Source: an uncultured Alphaproteobacteria bacterium (lineage in GTDB: Bacteria > Pseudomonadota > Alphaproteobacteria > Methylaequorales > Methylaequoraceae). Taken from it: a stretch of 64,000 nucleotides of DNA. The notes below the pieces were generated by a model, which saw nothing but the letters and a program-made list of their open reading frames with translations, did no database searches and was not told where the DNA came from. Location of the stretch: assembly GCA_902524895.1 (NCBI GenBank), contig CABZFH010000001.1:254172-318171 (forward strand), written 5' to 3'. Both the position numbers and the translations under genes were made by a program. Below are positions 62,960-64,000 of this stretch, piece after piece. Position 1 is the stretch's first letter. Every line of letters begins with the position of its first letter.

Positions 62960-63662
62960 GAATATACATTATTTCACTTCCATCTTTTAAAAAAATCATT
63001 TTTACCCATTTACCTCTTTTATTATACCAAATATCAATATCTAAAATATTCCCCTGATTTGTTTCCCCAAATAATTTATATCTAGAAGCTGTTAAACTTT
63101 TATCGTAAATTTTTTCATCAGCTAATTTTTTAACCTTTAGATCAAAAAAACCACAATCTTGAGTATTATAAACTTCTAATGAGAATAAATCTCTTTTTAA
63201 AAAACTGGAATTCCAATAACTAGTAGGAAAAATATATTTTTCATTTTCATATAATTCAATTTTCTCATTACAAAAAATTATTTCGTTATTAATATTTGTT
63301 GTGGTGTTTAAAGAAATAAATTTTAGATCTGATAAGTATTTATTATTACTTGAGTACTTCCATTTTTCATTATTTTGGTGCATGTATTTGTAAATATTTA
63401 TTCCGAGAAATTTTACATTTAAAACAATATTAATATCAACATTTAACAACACGTCTTTACTTCTAGAAAATTTTACTGAGTGATGACCTATTTTAGTTCC
63501 ATTTCTGTAGACATGAAAATAGAGATTTTCAGGAACTTCAAAACTAGAACGTTCATTATTAAAACTTTCAACTTCCTGAGGTGAAGTAAAAAAAGTTAAT
63601 AATAATATTAGAAATGATATTTTGTGTGAGAACATGAATGTTTTGGTTGGTTGAAAACACAA
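62937..63662 (-). CDS. Hypothetical secreted protein
   Basis: 241 aa. N-terminal signal peptide; N/K/Y-rich. No family recognised. Confidence 0.35.
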   Translation of the reverse strand: MCFQPTKTFMFSHKISFLILLLTFFTSPQEVESFNNERSSFEVPENLYFHVYRNGTKIGHHSVKFSRSKDVLLNVDINIVLNVKFLGINIYKYMHQNNEKWKYSSNNKYLSDLKFISLNTTTNINNEIIFCNEKIELYENEKYIFPTSYWNSSFLKRDLFSLEVYNTQDCGFFDLKVKKLADEKIYDKSLTASRYKLFGETNQGNILDIDIWYNKRGKWVKMIFLKDGSEIMYILDEYHEK

Positions 63663-63676
63663 CCAACCAAATAAAT

Positions 63677-64000
63677 TTATCGTCTACTACCAAATAGTTG
63701 GATAAGCATTATAAACAGATTTATAAAATCAAGATATAATCTTAGTGAACCCATAATTGCTTTTTTTCCTTCTTGTCCATTACCGTCATAATACATATTC
63801 TTAATTTGTTGAGTATCGTAGGCGGTTAACCCTGCAAATACAAGAACCCCAATAACTGATATAGCAAATTGTAAAAAAGTACTTGCTATAAATATATTAA
63901 CAATTGAAGCAATTAAAATTCCAATTAATCCCATAAATAAAAATGAACCCCAACCTGATAGATCTTTCTTGGTGGTGTATCCATATAAACTTAAGGCACC
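63677..64000 (-). CDS. Bax-inhibitor-1/YccA family membrane protein; C-terminal part, the gene continues past the window end
   Basis: The frame stays open upstream of the track's Met through position 64000 (GALSLYGYTTKKDLSGWGSFLFMGLIGILIASIVNIF...). C-terminal DTQQIKNMY...LYLDFINLFIMLIQLFG is the BI-1 signature. Confidence 0.75.
   Translation of the reverse strand, partial: GALSLYGYTTKKDLSGWGSFLFMGLIGILIASIVNIFIASTFLQFAISVIGVLVFAGLTAYDTQQIKNMYYDGNGQEGKKAIMGSLRLYLDFINLFIMLIQLFGSRR

Noticed and set aside
1-64000. CRISPR arrays, rRNA genes, insertion sequences, integrases/transposases, toxin-antitoxin or restriction-modification/defence genes
   Set aside because: No regularly spaced direct repeats, no rRNA-like conserved stretches, and no protein with recombinase/transposase/nuclease-defence motifs was seen on either strand. 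All long ORFs have ordinary housekeeping or envelope assignments.

Overview
This is an AT-rich (roughly 28-30% GC), tightly packed, nearly operon-less stretch of an alphaproteobacterial chromosome. Composition, very short intergenic spacers and gene content point to a streamlined marine lineage such as SAR11/Pelagibacterales. The window appears to span the chromosomal replication-origin region. On the left arm, mostly on the minus strand, are hisF(partial)-hisA-hisH-DUF2628-hisB, hslVU, smr, mltA, a Tim44-like gene, secB, and dnaQ-coaE-aroE-maf. A 279-bp AT-rich gap at 10094-10372 carries five DnaA-box-like 9-mers and is my candidate oriC. To its right, all on the plus strand, are hemE-hemH-hemJ-rho-mnmE-mnmG-rsmG-parA-parB. 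Two perfect 16-bp parS palindromes sit on the mnmG and rsmG starts. Further right are holA-lptE-leuS, ftsK-lolA-xth, a UbiH-type hydroxylase, and tRNA-Gly(GCC). The tRNA is followed by a very low-GC block of small membrane-protein genes and an Atg22-like MFS transporter, a possible islet. Three surface-polysaccharide genes are inserted into the conserved purH / heparinase-II/III-like / rsmB neighbourhood. Then come acs, gpsA, tsaD, and hemC-hemD-(Mic60/HemX-like)-(HemY-like). A lipid-A/polyprenyl-sugar modification cluster follows (GT2, LAB_N, ArnT-like, PAP2). The right end holds a cfa-centred lipid-modification operon (FAD oxidoreductase, DUF1365, cfa-type methyltransferase, MFS, DUF3833, SnoaL-like, SDR) that resembles furan-fatty-acid loci. 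I found no CRISPR array, rRNA, integrase/transposase or obvious defence system. The most novel-looking items are the tRNA-adjacent membrane-protein islet, an atypical orphan OmpR-type regulator, the lipid A modification module and the putative furan-fatty-acid locus. Also worth checking are an unannotated DUF1674 mini-ORF and palindromes upstream of the cfa operon.
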